Source of the DNA: Takakia lepidozioides
Lineage: Eukaryota > Plantae > Bryophyta
Direction of reading: 5' to 3'
Assembly (NCBI GenBank): GCA_030704615.1
Contig: CM060731.1
Location: 66,960,001 to 67,024,000 of the forward strand
DNA length: 64,000 nt
Position numbers and translations under genes: made by a program. Shown here in pieces: positions 51,189 through 64,000 of the stretch. The notes under the pieces are model-generated. The model had not been told where the DNA came from and searched no databases. It saw only the letters and a program-made list of their open reading frames with translations. The first letter of the stretch is position 1; each line of letters starts with the position of its first letter.

Positions 51189-51474
51189 CAGAGTTTTTTT
51201 AAAAAATTCGGAAAATAGCACAAGTGGCTACAGAGTTTTGAAAAAAATAGGCATATATTCTGTTCATCCATTCAAATTAGCAAAACATCATTCCACATCC
51301 GTACTTTCATCCATTAATATCATGCATATTTGGGGAATTCATCCATAATAATTATTTGTTTTGGAGAAATTTGGCGATTTCATCCATGAAAAAACATGGA
51401 ATTTTCTACGGAATATGCTTTTCTATTTTTTGAGGTCGCCATTTGGTGAAAATTCGCCAAAAATAAAAACGCTG
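51189..51474. mobile_element. hAT-type MITE upstream of NOT1
   Basis: Perfect 8-bp TSD GCACGTAG (51181-51188 and 51475-51482). TIRs CAGAGTTTTT / CAGCGTTTTT. Internal TTCATCCAT repeats. Confidence 0.88.
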
Positions 51475-51663
51475 GCACGTAGCACTAGCTAGACCGGATT
51501 TCTAAACCCTTGGGCTGTGTTTGTGCGCTATGAAGGCCTAGGGTTTCTTGTGTCGGGCATAGAATGTGCTGTGTGAGAATCGGAGAGTAAGTGAATTTGC
51601 TTTAGAGAAAAGGGGAACGGAGGAGAGGGATCGTGGAGTGCATAAGGTGAAGGTGTTAGAGCC

Positions 51664-54600
51664 ATGTTATCTTTTGCGTCATCTCTTGCAAGCCAGGTTG
51701 GCATCTTGATCGCCAGCCTGAACAAGAACAATTACCAGTCAGTGGCGTTAGAGCTTAGCCAGGTAACTCTTATTTTCTCTTATTGGCTTTGAAGCACTTG
51801 AATTTCTGTAGATGTCGAATGTGGTTTCCTGGGGCTGTTGTCTACGATGTCCACTTTGAAGTCCTTGTTTCGAAGGGATACTAATCATCCAGGGGGTAGT
51901 TGTGGGCTTAGCCTGAAATTGGTGGGAGCAGACGCTCATTGGGGACTGGGCATTATGTAGTAAATGAATGGGGTGGCATTGCCATCATCAAAGAAATGCC
52001 GATGTGGATTTCAGCACTCATGAAAGTATTGGTAGAAATGGTGGCGGCATCTCGCAGGATGTGTTGTTCAGTCCTGTTGGCCTCAAGCTACTCTATATGC
52101 GTGAGGAATTTCTCGGGAAAAATCACTGCAGGCATCCTGTGGTCCCGGAATTGTGGTCGATGTTCCCTTGAAGTGTCTTATCTCTGGAGGGAAGAGGCTG
52201 GGCGGCGCCCTCTCTTCCTATTTGCAGACATTTGACATTTCCTTCCTTAAATAGCAGCAACTTCTGCTCTGTTCCTCTTAGGTCTATAGCAGATTAGGGT
52301 TGAGATTAAGAAAAATTGCTATGTATATTTTCACGGAGGTTGAGCCTTTGGTGTCAAGTGGAATTGACAATCTATCAGACCTGCATTGCCAGAGTTATGA
52401 AAACCCTAATTTCCCTGTTGTCTATTGCTGTATTGAACTTGCATTGGAGGGTTTGATGGGTGGCTGTATGCTTTAATTTTTGACATTTGTAAGCTTCAGA
52501 AATTGCTCCGTATCTTTTCTCCTGAAGTATAGTCACAGTTTTGTGCTGGGAAGTCATGGTTCTTGCATTGCCATAATTGCTCTCTCTTCTCTCAAATGTT
52601 GGGAAGGTTGGATATGGAACAGTTGACAGATTATGGGCTAGATGGAAGCTTGATATTACTACGTCACTGCTTGGAGCAAGTAAACCTACAGGAGGGTGAA
52701 GTGCAGAACTTGCCTTTGAAGTTGGAGCTGTTGGCTATTGTTGTTAAGAAATTGGTTCATCAGCCAAATTCAGGCACTGTTTTGTGTGAAGCCTTGCGGC
52801 ACATCCAATCTGGCAGCGAGGACTTCCTTGAAAACCTCTCCACTGCATTGAAGCTATCTCTTCCTGAGCAGATTGGACTTGGCCTTGCATTGGCAGATGC
52901 TGAAGATTTGAATCGCCGTCAAGAGGGTGTGTCCCTTTCCTAACACGAGCAATATTTCTTACCCTCAATGCTCCAACACATTTATTTGGACAAATTTCTT
53001 TTCTATTGCATCTGTAGGGGTCTATTATATGAAATGCATTTGACCCAAGCATGACCATCGACTGCATTCTCGTCCGGCTCATTGACAGATGAGTATTGTG
53101 ATGGTGTCTTGCAGGTGAAGCGTTTTGCAGGGCAAAGATTCCTGAGCTTTACCAAACTGCAGCTCCTGCTCTTTCAGAAGCTTTGATAGAACAGATATTG
53201 TGGTTTCTGCACCAAAGTGAGGGTCTCTCAAAGCATGTTCAATCTTTTGTGAAGGCCTTGCCTACACTACAGCCAAATGCAGTCAACTCCTTACTGTTGA
53301 CTCCTCTTCTCCATGAGGAGGTGAATGAAGTGGATTGCTTGAGGCAAGCTTTTCTCAACTTTATTGTTGGCCAATTACGAGGAGATGTGACTCACCCTTT
53401 TTTTTTGTCTGGAAGTAATTATTGGGTTTAAACAGAGATTAGATGGCTGGATCCTTCACTATCCAGGTTGTAGAAGCTTGGGCATTCCATATATCTGAAA
53501 TGAGACAAATGAGGGTGTGGCATAATTGTGCTCCGCAAAGAGGAGTGCTACTGGAAGTAACATGTCTGAATAGTGATCATCCCTCATATACTCTTTGAAT
53601 GTTGTACTTCAGGGTTTCCATCTTGTTGATACAAATCATTGTTGCATTAAGTGAGTGGCTTATATTGTGAGACCCTTTGGTTGATTTGTGATGATTAAAC
53701 ATGACAGGAGTTTTGACAAGGTTGACGCATCTTTGACATCAACATCCGGGGACATGGTGCTGCAGTTGGCTAGTGCAACAAGTGTGGCTGATGTTGTGGA
53801 AGAGCTGGGGTACAGCTGCACTTTTGACATCGACCACTGCAAGGAAATATTTTCATTATTTCCCTCTCTTACAGTGCTTGATGTTGCACGAACTTTGGGG
53901 ATGGTAGCTCGAACATACAAGGGATTGGAAGACCTGCAAGGTACTCATGGCACCTTCTGCACGGCACTATGCAGTCGAGAGCAGGTTGCTTCTGACTGGT
54001 TGACTACCTGGAACGTTGATGTTCTTTTAGATACCTTCAATCAACTGGTAAATACTTCCTCTGACGACTTTCTGTCCAAGCACCAGTTTGAAATTTTGTC
54101 AGGAATTTACACACTCCTGCTGGTACCCTCAATGTTTTGGTGAACGGTGGAGTCGAAGTCGAGTTTTTCTTTGTCTTCATGAGTCGATTTAGGATTGAGT
54201 TGATCCTAACTGTGAACATTGTTACAGGCTCCAAGTATAAGCTGGCAATCGGTAATGGAGAACTTGGACCATGAGGGTTTCTATTTACCTGACCAAAAGG
54301 CGTTCTCCCTTTTATTGACAATGTACAGCAAGGCTTGTCAGGTGGGCTAGGTTCTGAGCCTGCACCAATAATTCTATTCCTTGTTTCTCTACGGCTTGCA
54401 GGTAGGTTCTGTCCCTTTTGTTCCCGCTCAAACTGGGCGCGGGGTCAATGGCCACAAGGCTACGGCAAACAATGTCTTATGAGTACAATCTCTATGGCTT
54501 GTTTCCAGTTTTCTCACAATATCTGGTTGGATCAATATGTTGTTATGGAGAGGTGTTTAATTTTTCCTTCCTGTCCCATCTGAGAAAGGTCATGTTATTC

Positions 54601-57600
54601 AAACCTAAGTACTGGTTACAGTCATGTTGAATAGCATAGGTTCTGTCCTAAGGACTGCTGAGACCAGCACATATGCTGGGGTCAGAAATTCTTGTGTTGC
54701 CAGAGCACCCTAAACTTCGCAAGTTAGTCGTCAACTTTTTTTCTAATTCTGGTAAACGTCTCTGGCTGAGATTTATGGCTGTGGAATTAGATGCCAGCAG
54801 CATCCCTTATGTAGATTGTATTTTTGAGCAGGATCCATTTCCTATTGAAGCTGTGTGTGGATGTGTATGGAAAAATGGAGAGGGACAACTGTCTTTCTTG
54901 AGGCATGCTGTTTCCGCTCCTCCAGACGTTTTCACGTTTTCACATTCTCCACGGAAACAGGTAATAACCCTGAGTTTCCAACTCCTCTCTCTTTTTTGGT
55001 TCCCTAAATGGTGTGTATTTGAGTTCTTGTTTAAGCTGGAGTAAAGTTGCTGTAACGATCTGTTCTGGTTTGCTCTTGCACCTATGTCAACTGTTAAACT
55101 GAGGGCATGGTTAGGATTGCAGCTAGTTTAGCTGTGACCTCTTCCTGGTCTGTTAGGAAGACTGTTTCTAATATTAGTTGTAGATGTAAGGGACTTTCTG
55201 GTCAGGTCTTTTAATCATTTAAGCCAACTATAGAATGATTGAAATCTGGCCTCATATTACAGGGTTTTGATTCACTTGCAATAGTTCTTATTTAGCAGAA
55301 GAGGTGCATGGTTTCTGAGAAAGAGTGCTGCATGGTGTCTGGTATGAGACTTATGGATGAAAAGGTGTACTTCTTACTTGAAGAAGTGTTGGATTGCAGT
55401 CTCTGCTGGAAGTGCCAGGACAGAGATCACCATTTGGTACACCAAATCATGCATGGCTATCTTTGGACTTATTAGAGATTTTGTGCCGCCTTGCGGAGAT
55501 GGGGCATGTTGGCTCTGTGCGTGCACTGCTTGAGTCACCAATAAAGTATTGTCCAGAGCTCTTGGTTCTCGGATTGGCGCAAATTAAGGTAGTCATTCGT
55601 GTCTTACAATTTACTTTTGGCAATGGCGTGTCCCTTACCTTAATGCTTTCCAAAGATAACCCTATTCTCTAGACTTGTTGCAATGACGTGAGAAATGAAT
55701 TCCCTGACAAATATTTTGTCGGTTTAAAGATCGTAATATGTTGCTCATGTTATTTCTGTGTCCATTCAGGGAAGGTAGCTATCTTCCAGGTCCCAAGATG
55801 CAGAGTCTAGTGTTCTCTCTCCTTTCTCAGCTGAACAAACGATATGCTAACAGAGTAGACGAGAACTCAGGACAGGTTGGAATCCCTGCATGCAGATGGA
55901 GGGGGATGAGAGAGGGATAGAGAATAGATATCTGGCATGTGTGTGCCTTTCTTCTTACACAGATTGAATTGAAGAGAATAGTTGTTGGACAATGGTTTGT
56001 GACGTTAAATCTCTACTCACATGCTTGGTCACATTTGATGGTTATAGACAGAGTGGAACACAATTCAGTCAGAGATTCTCTCAACCCTGCTTCCAACTTT
56101 TCTTGTGCAAAGTTCTACTGCGAGCTTGTGGCATCAGCTATGGTCTCTGAATGCGGAGGTGTTTACATTATTTATTGTGGAGATTCATTCAAAGAATCCA
56201 AGCTCCATCTCCCGGATTCTGGATATTGTTCAGGATATTAAGGTATTTGTCAATGCAATGTGCAATTGGTGCTGATCATTAGGTATTAGGTTAGCAGGAA
56301 TGAATACTCATCGCCATGTATGGACATGTGAGACCCTGCAACTGCAAGTGAGGTAGGTCAAATTTCGAGTCGATACATGTTTGAGTGTATCCATCGTAGT
56401 TAGTGACCAAGCTGCAGCTTTGGATTTTCATTTCAGGCCTCTAAGAGGGGCTGCGAACCTTACCTCTGCCTATTCCGATTCTGTTTCGCTACACATTCAA
56501 TGTTTGTCTTTTTCTAGTTCACTATTACAGAGTTTCTCTTCATCTCCTCAAACAATATTCAAATATATCCCATAGACGTTATTGATCAAACTTGTGGTCA
56601 ATGTTGAATGGCAGGTCACAGAGACCATACTGGACACGACACCTTTCTCTGTCTCCATTGACCTTGCGTCTATTGCTGCCAGGAGAGAATATTTGAATTT
56701 GGAGAAGTGGTTGCAAGATAATCTCACAATCCATCGTGATTCCTTTTTCCAGGTGTGATAGTTGTCAAGCTGGTTTTGCACCCATCATTGTCGTTTTGCA
56801 TGCATTATATTCTGCAAAGAAAAGTGATTCTATTTGCTCACTAGTCAATGACAAGAAACAGGGACAGGCCATTCGTCTTCTCCATTTTTATGTTGGTGTA
56901 ACTCGCATGTTCAAAGTAAGGTGATCACGTTTGTCACAGCTGAGACCTAAAGGATGTAATTGCGGAGTTACTGTTCTATGAGACACCTTAGAGCTGGGTG
57001 GTCTGGTCAGCCGTGGCTTTCTGCATTGTGTTATGGCGTGGTGCGTAGTTGCTGGTTGTCATCAGGGTTTGAAGGCAGAACATGCATTGTCTAGTTTTAC
57101 TTTGTTGGAGGAGAGCCTATCCAAGTGGGAATTGAATCTCTGTAACTTGGATAGGGGTTGTGAAAGCTAGTTTCCAAAGGTAGCTATTCCTTGCTTTTTG
57201 AGGCATCCTGGTCTGCACATGTCGGGTTTAAATTTCACTAAAATCCATCCTTTTGGCAGGCTTGTTTGAAGTTTCTGAGAGAAAGAACTCTTGGGGAGAC
57301 ACGAGTTGATGTGCAGAATGGGCAACGTCCTGTACCTATTATCAGTCTTTCCCTGGACACCTCTGCTACATTCTTTAAGGTTGGAAAGCCGTGACATCTT
57401 CTTTATGACATTAATGCTGTACTGTTCTTGACAGTTTTGCCTGCCAATAAGATGAGCCAGTCTTTTTCTCATGAATGTGGTGATAATGGCTTTCTTTTGC
57501 AGGTGCTTCAACTTAACTCAGGGCAGTTGGCTAGCCGAGAGCTGGCCGAGGATTTAAAGCGTGTGTATGGTGCCGCAGTCAGTGTCAACCCTAGGCTTAT

Positions 57601-60600
57601 GAGTGTGGGGGCAGCAGACCAGGGATTGTCAGAGTCATATGCTAGTGATGTTGAAGAAGAAGCAAACTCATACTTTCAGAGGATTTATGTTGGGCAACTG
57701 ACTATTGACAATGTTGTTGACATGCTACAACGATTCAACATGGCTCCCTCTGAATCGTACATACCTGGACCATTCTCTCCGTGCACAGAGTGTGTTCTTT
57801 GTTGGACTCTGTCTGAGTATGTTTTTTCTTGAGTTGGTAGTTATTACCACCACTCAGTCATAGGTTTTTGCTTAATATGCCAGGTGAACCCAGGACTTGC
57901 ATACACCCCTCTGGAACACCATATGGCAATGCAATGTGACTTCCTGGTTACAAATTTGTATCATCCTCTCCTTAATCAGGCTTGGGCAATGTGTAGTTCT
58001 TCCAAGTTAAGGTGTGGTTATTCTCAGGTGACAATATGCTGAAGTGGAATACATACCTGTTGTTTGGATCTTTCAGGCGGGACAAAGCAATTTTTTCATG
58101 TATGCTTCAGAGCCTGTTTGATGAGTACCGCTTCTTTCCACGGTATCCGGAGAAAGAGTTACGGATCACAGCAGTTCTTTTTGGTACAGTATTTCTTGCT
58201 AAATGACCTTCTCCAGACTGCAGCCAAAGTGTATGTAGTAGCTTAAGGAGATAGTTTAAGCTTCATTTTTCTAGGAGTGTGTGTCTGCTGCTTTGCAGGG
58301 CTCATGGGTTAAGATTAGTTTGAGCTCTCCCTAGCAACATGTATCACCAGCTCAGAGTTTTTTATGCCGTTTCATTCCAAAGAGATCTGTAGAATAAACT
58401 TTGTCCTATCTGATGATTTGAGCTGACTTGAGCTGTCAACCTCAAATTCTTGGTTGCATCCTACAGGTTCTCTCATCAAGCATCAGTTAGTGTCTTCTCT
58501 TACTTTGGGTCATGCGCTGCGATGTGTATTGGATGCATTGCGGAAGCCTCTGGACTCCAAGGTGAGTTCTTTTATTGTCTTGCAGAACTTCTGTGAGGAT
58601 TCTTCCAAGACAGGTAAAATTGAAGTGTCAGGATCTGCTGTCTCCATATGAGTTTGTAGAAAGGAGAGTCTGGTGCAAGGTTCGATTTCCTCTGGCCATT
58701 GGATGCTCTGCATTATCATTGCTGTGTTTTACATTGCCCTGAACCGTAACAGAGATGCACTATGAGGATACTCATACAAATAAATCTGCATGTGTTTGAA
58801 CATGCTTTGATGTATAATGTGTATCCACTGGCAGAAAGCTGAGGAATTCAGTAGGAAGTCGTAGAAGCTAGTCACTTTAATTGGCCAGAGGCTTTTTACT
58901 CTACGCCCTTTGCTCAATGAAAGTTTGATGCTCAGCTTTGCTGTGCCTGATGATGGTAATGGTCTCACATTTATGAAGTGAAACTTGTTCATCTTTTCCA
59001 CTACTTGAAGGGATGTCTGCAGTACTTCTGGCAACTGTTTTCTCACCCACAGTATTCCATTGCAGCTTGTAAGCTCATTGCAGTCTAGCCTTTATTTCAG
59101 CAACAGCTGGAGCAACGGTATGGTATTCTGATTTTTGGTTGGAGTGTGCAAATTTGGGTGCTTCGATAGAAGGACTGCCTGTTGATTCGAGAACATAGCA
59201 TCAGTCGAGTTTGTCCGATACCTTTTTTTATGAAATGTTTGTGTGGTTACAGATGTTCTCCTGCCCTTGACTGCTCTGGATCAATTTAGAGATCGTCTGG
59301 TTGAGTGGCCACAGTACTGCAACCACATTCTTCAAATTTCTCATATCCGGGAAGCACATAGTGAGCTAGTAGAGTTCATCGAAAGAGCCCTTGCTCGTGT
59401 CCCAAGGAGTCAGCCCGAGTCTACTGGGAATGTGGCAACGCCTTCTGATCAGCATCCAAGTGCCACAGTCCCTGCTGTCCCTCCTTCAATTTTTCCTACT
59501 GAGTCTTTGGAGGTCCCCAATCCTCAAGTGTCGCCGGCTAGTGATGCTGGGGACAAAAGATCCATGGGGTCTCAGTCTCGATTTTCATCCGGCGAGGTGT
59601 GTTTTCTTCTCGAATTGATTTATTATCAGGTGTTTGAGATTAGGATTTTGTGTTATCACTGATTTTTCAGTACCTCTCTGTGTCCGTGAAAGTGGGGTGA
59701 ATGTCTCATGTTTAAGTGTTATGGGCACGTTCTTTCTCACAGCGTAGAAATGAGTTTGCTAGCTTTTCACTCTCTCGTATATTTGCGTACATGAAGTGAT
59801 TTGTTTGAATAATATTTTATTGGAGGTCAATTTTGTTTTGTGCATTGTGGGGGGTGTCCTCCTCTTCTTGGCTGCTCACTGTATGTTCATAGCTTTCTAG
59901 ATACAGCTTGCAATGGAAAAGGTCCTGTAGATGCCTATTCGACTTGTTTGGGTGTTTGTCAGTTAGTTGAACTCCCATGCTTAGATGGTGGGTGCTTTCT
60001 AGATGTTATTCTGTGGTAGACATGTAACCATGCACTACTCAATGTGCAAGTGGGACATGTCTAATGGTCGGAAGTCTTGTACAGGGGCTTGACGGAATTC
60101 TGCACCCATCAGTTGGAGCCTCAATTGGGCAACCAGGGCAAGCTCCACCACAATCGACTTCCCAGTCACAGTCTGTTGCACTTACCCTGCCATTTCCACC
60201 ACCACAACAACAACCGGCCTTGCAAGATGAGAGGTCCAAGAGTACAAACTCTCTAGCGTCGTTCCCAAAACAACCTTCTGCTCTCACGCAAAGTGGTCCC
60301 CCACAGCAGCTGCAGCCAAGTGCACCAAGCCAACTCTTTGATCTGGGAAGTGGGCAAAAGGTAGCTATAATGGCAGTGGTGCTGGTTTGTCCTGTGGATG
60401 TCACATAGCATTGTGTGAGATTTTTCTGGTCAATGGCATGAAACGATTGTATATGCGTAGCATGATTTGTTGTGAGTCATTTTGTTCTCATCTTGCAGTA
60501 TTTCGGTCACATACTAAGCATTTATATTTAGTATGTTATCATCACTATCTCAGTATATTGCATTTCTTATGTACAACCTCAATATCACTAAGAATTGTGA

Positions 60601-63600
60601 GGCAAATTTATTTGAGAAAGAATACTACTTGCAGTGGTTGGGACACATGAAAAATCCTGTTTTATGTCAGCAGGCATCCCAGATAGTACCACAAGGTCTC
60701 CCTGCGTATTCATCAGTTGCAAATGGCCAGGCCATTCCCCCAAGTCAAGGCTTTCTTCGCTCAACTCGTGGTCCGGGCATTCCAGGTACCATCTATCCTT
60801 GCTGTCTACCTCTTGTAGTAATTGTCTTTGAATCATTTCTTCTGTTGTCATTATCGGCTATGTTCCGGTACTCTGGTTTATTAGATGGGGGGTGAAAATT
60901 CAGGTAGTAGAAAAAAAATTGTTAGAATCCACCATGAGGTTTAAGCACCATCTCTGAGAAGTTTTAGAAGTCTGTTCAATGTCAGTGTTGTGGCTTTTCC
61001 TTTTTCTGATTAGATAGTCGTCTTTGGATTGCATCCATTAGAATACATGTATAGTCTGGAGGGCTGTTTTTCATTTGTTGCGTGTACTAAATGGATTTGG
61101 GAACTCAACATCACATGGGTGTGGTGTCAGGATATCTACCTTTGTTACTTTTGGCATACTTGTTATTGCCACTGTATAGGCTGGAACTGTGTTGCCTTAC
61201 GTGTCTTGCAAATTCTGGGCTGGTCTCTGTAGGCGTGCTACGACAACCATCCACAGCAACAGGCTTTGGACATGCACTGAATATTGAAACACTGGTGGCT
61301 GCTGCTGAACGGCGTGACACACCAATTGAGGTATTTGGTGATTATCAATTGGACATTACTGGGGTGCAGTCTGAGATTGCTTTACAACTGTCTTAGATTT
61401 TGCAGCAAGCAAAATCTTTGAGGTCTTCATGGCCTGCAAACTGTGGTCTTACTTTGTTGAACATTATTGGGTAACATTTGGTATGGACTGTTGTTTCTCA
61501 GTTGGGTGTGGTTGTCGGTAATTCTGACCTGTCTTTATGTGCTGAAGGTTCTGACATTAGGCCCTGGAGAATTCAAGGAACTTTACTGTTTCGTATGGTG
61601 TGGTAAATGTGGTTATTTCACCTTATACCAGAGTAGGCTGGGTTAACGTGGCATTTTGGGTTACCTAACGTTTTCTTGTGTGTCTGATTGAGCAGGCTCC
61701 TAGTCTGGAGGTACAGGATAAAGTGGCATTTATTATTAACAACATTTCAACGGCCAATTTGGAGCCAAAAGCAAAGGAATGTCTCGAAGTTATGAAGGAC
61801 ATTTTTTATCCTTGGTTTGCACAATATATGGTCATGAAGCGGTAAGTGTAGTTGGCTTTATCAACGCTGCTGATATTCTACTCTTTGAAATAATTTTCTT
61901 GCAATGTTTGTAGCTACAGGATTGTTTCTTGCCTCCGTCTTCGGACTGATCACCGTTCCTCTGGAGTTGAATTCAAATGGGTCATGGGGTTTCTGAAAGA
62001 TATAGCATAAAATTCTTGGCTACAGTTGGGATTATCTTTCACTCTTCTATTGAACTAATGAATTTCTTTGCTGGCAGAGCGAGCATTGAACCCAATTTTC
62101 ATGATCTGTATCTAAAGTTTTTGGACAAGATAAACTCCAAGGGCTTGCAAAAAGAGATTGTCAAGGCAACATATGAGAATTGCAAGGTGACTTAGTGGAT
62201 GTTTTTTAAAGGTTGAGTAGCTCGAATGTGAAGAAGCTCCAATGGTAGTTATGCATTGAAGTTGTCTTCAATGTTGGAAGTTGCATTTGGCATTCATTTG
62301 GTGTTGAATTGTGCAGCCTGCATGGCGTTTTTCATCCTGCATCGTGGTTTTTCTTGGGGCTGTTGTCTCTGAGTCGGTTGTGTCTGGCACCTGTTGGGAT
62401 CTTAGAGCAGTGGGAAAGCCACAGAACCTGCTTGGATTGTGTACCTCTGGTGATTGTGTCCGGACATGTCAGGCATGTTTGATCAATTCATGGTGTAGCT
62501 AAAACTTTCCTCATTTTCAAAACTAGATACATGGAAGTGAGATAGGCATTATGCATGTGGACCTGCCACCTTTCTAGAATGTAACCCTGTTTGTTGTTCT
62601 TGCAAGGTCTATTGGCTACATTGAAGCACACAGTTCTAATTTTATTAAATTGCAGGTTTTGTTAAGGTCAGAGCTAATCAAAACCAGCTCAGAAGAGCGA
62701 TCTCTCTTAAAGAATCTTGGTAGCTGGTTGGGCAAGCTGACAATTGGGCGAAATCAAGCTTTGCGAGCAAGGGAGATTGACCCCAAGTCTCTGATTATTG
62801 AGGTTTTTCCGTCTACAATCCAGTGTTTCTCCTACTTTGCTTGAATATTTTATCCCTATTCCTGTAATTTTCTAGCTACTGTTTCTGATTGGGCCCTCTG
62901 CCTATGGTTGGCTCTCCAGGTGACCACCATGACATTGAATCTCTGATCCTTTATTTCCAGTATTTTGTTGTAATTCGAGATTGGTACTCCGACATATGAG
63001 ACTGGTCCTAACCACCCACAGCTGATGGATGCAAGTTCCGGGTTACATTGGGAATTGTTTCCTTTGATCATTTGCCATGTTGATGCCCTTGTGTATCTGG
63101 GGTGGGAAAAGAGCTCTGACGTCTATCTCATGAATGGTCTGAAAACCTTGTAATGGGTTATCGTCCTCTTTCTAGACAGCAGTGGTTGTTCTCACCAACG
63201 CTTGCATAGCCATCTGCAGGAGCTATATTTTCAGACAATGTTGAGCTGGTCATTCATTTTTCTTGGGTTCTTTTCATTTGCTTTTTGTGTTCTTCTTTGT
63301 GAAGGAGTGTGGAGCCACACATGTTTGGGGTTTTGAAGGGTTTGGGCTTTTAAGAGGAGTTGCCAAAGTTGTGTGTCGAAATATCGTGACACTCATGATA
63401 ATCTTCTCGTGCAGCTGGACGGTACTTAAAAGTGATTGGTTCCTTTGTGCAGGCATATGAGAAAGGACTGATGATTGCTGTCATACCCTTCACTTCGAAG
63501 GTGATATTCAGATTGTCCTTGTATGGCATGATGAGGAAATTTATGCTTGGTGTTGATCGGTGCTCAGTATTTCCCTGCAGTGATGGTTGGCCCTTAAGGC

Positions 63601-64000
63601 TGATGTTGAACCACTGCTTATACATATACTTAACTCGAGCAGAGGATAGGATAAGTAGAGAATCAGCGTATTTCATGCTTTGCATATTGTCCAGAATTTG
63701 AACCAGCTTTGGAATGTGAAGGAGGAGCTGTTGTGATGTTGCAATAAATATAACCTAAATTGTCAATTTTTCCTTTATCTGTAACCCCTTTACTTTGTCT
63801 ATTGTGGTGGAACTCCTGCAGATACTGGAGCCGTGTCAATCCAGTCTGGCATATCAGCCTCCAAATCCGTGGACCATGGGCATTCTGGGACTGCTCGCTG
63901 AAATATATGCTCTTCCCAATTTGAAAATGAACCTCAAGTTTGATATTGAGGTGCGAGAATTTCCAACATCTAAAACTCTAGTGTGGGCCTTTTAGAAAGC
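51664..64000 (+). CDS. NOT1: CCR4-NOT complex scaffold subunit NOT1, multi-exon, continues beyond window
   Basis: ATG at 51664 ([24 protein letters not shown]). Exons encode [11 protein letters not shown]…[113 protein letters not shown]…[35 protein letters not shown] and [12 protein letters not shown]…[10 protein letters not shown]. Confidence 0.97.

Noticed and set aside
436-63685. Most short antisense ORFs in the supplied track
   Set aside because: They are shadows of real exons or repeats on the opposite strand.

Overview
Intron-rich nuclear DNA from a land plant; a non-seed plant such as a bryophyte or lycophyte is inferred but not proven. Three conserved host genes are present: RRP6L3 (minus, runs off the left edge), EXECUTER (minus, 20176-27529) and CCR4-NOT subunit NOT1 (plus, from 51664, runs off the right edge). 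There is also an unknown two-exon zinc-finger/Pro-rich-repeat gene and isolated fragments of OSB and a DEAD-box helicase. Between them lies transposon-rich DNA with two unusual elements, each carrying an amino-methyltransferase-like domain. (1) A ~10 kb Mutator-like element has a GCM-DDE-SWIM transposase sitting head-to-head with a spliced ParB/Srx + beta-class N4C/N6A-methyltransferase-like gene, plus five copies of a 24-bp palindrome. (2) A 5'-truncated Dualen/RandI-like LINE encodes chromodomain + PCIF1/DIRS-Dam-like MTase + RNase H + CCHC + RLE. It is inserted in one arm of a ~600 bp foldback and shares its 3' tail with tRNA-derived SINEs. Two hAT MITEs with 8-bp TSDs are also present. All domain calls come from motif recognition by eye, and both large elements are pseudogenised in this copy.
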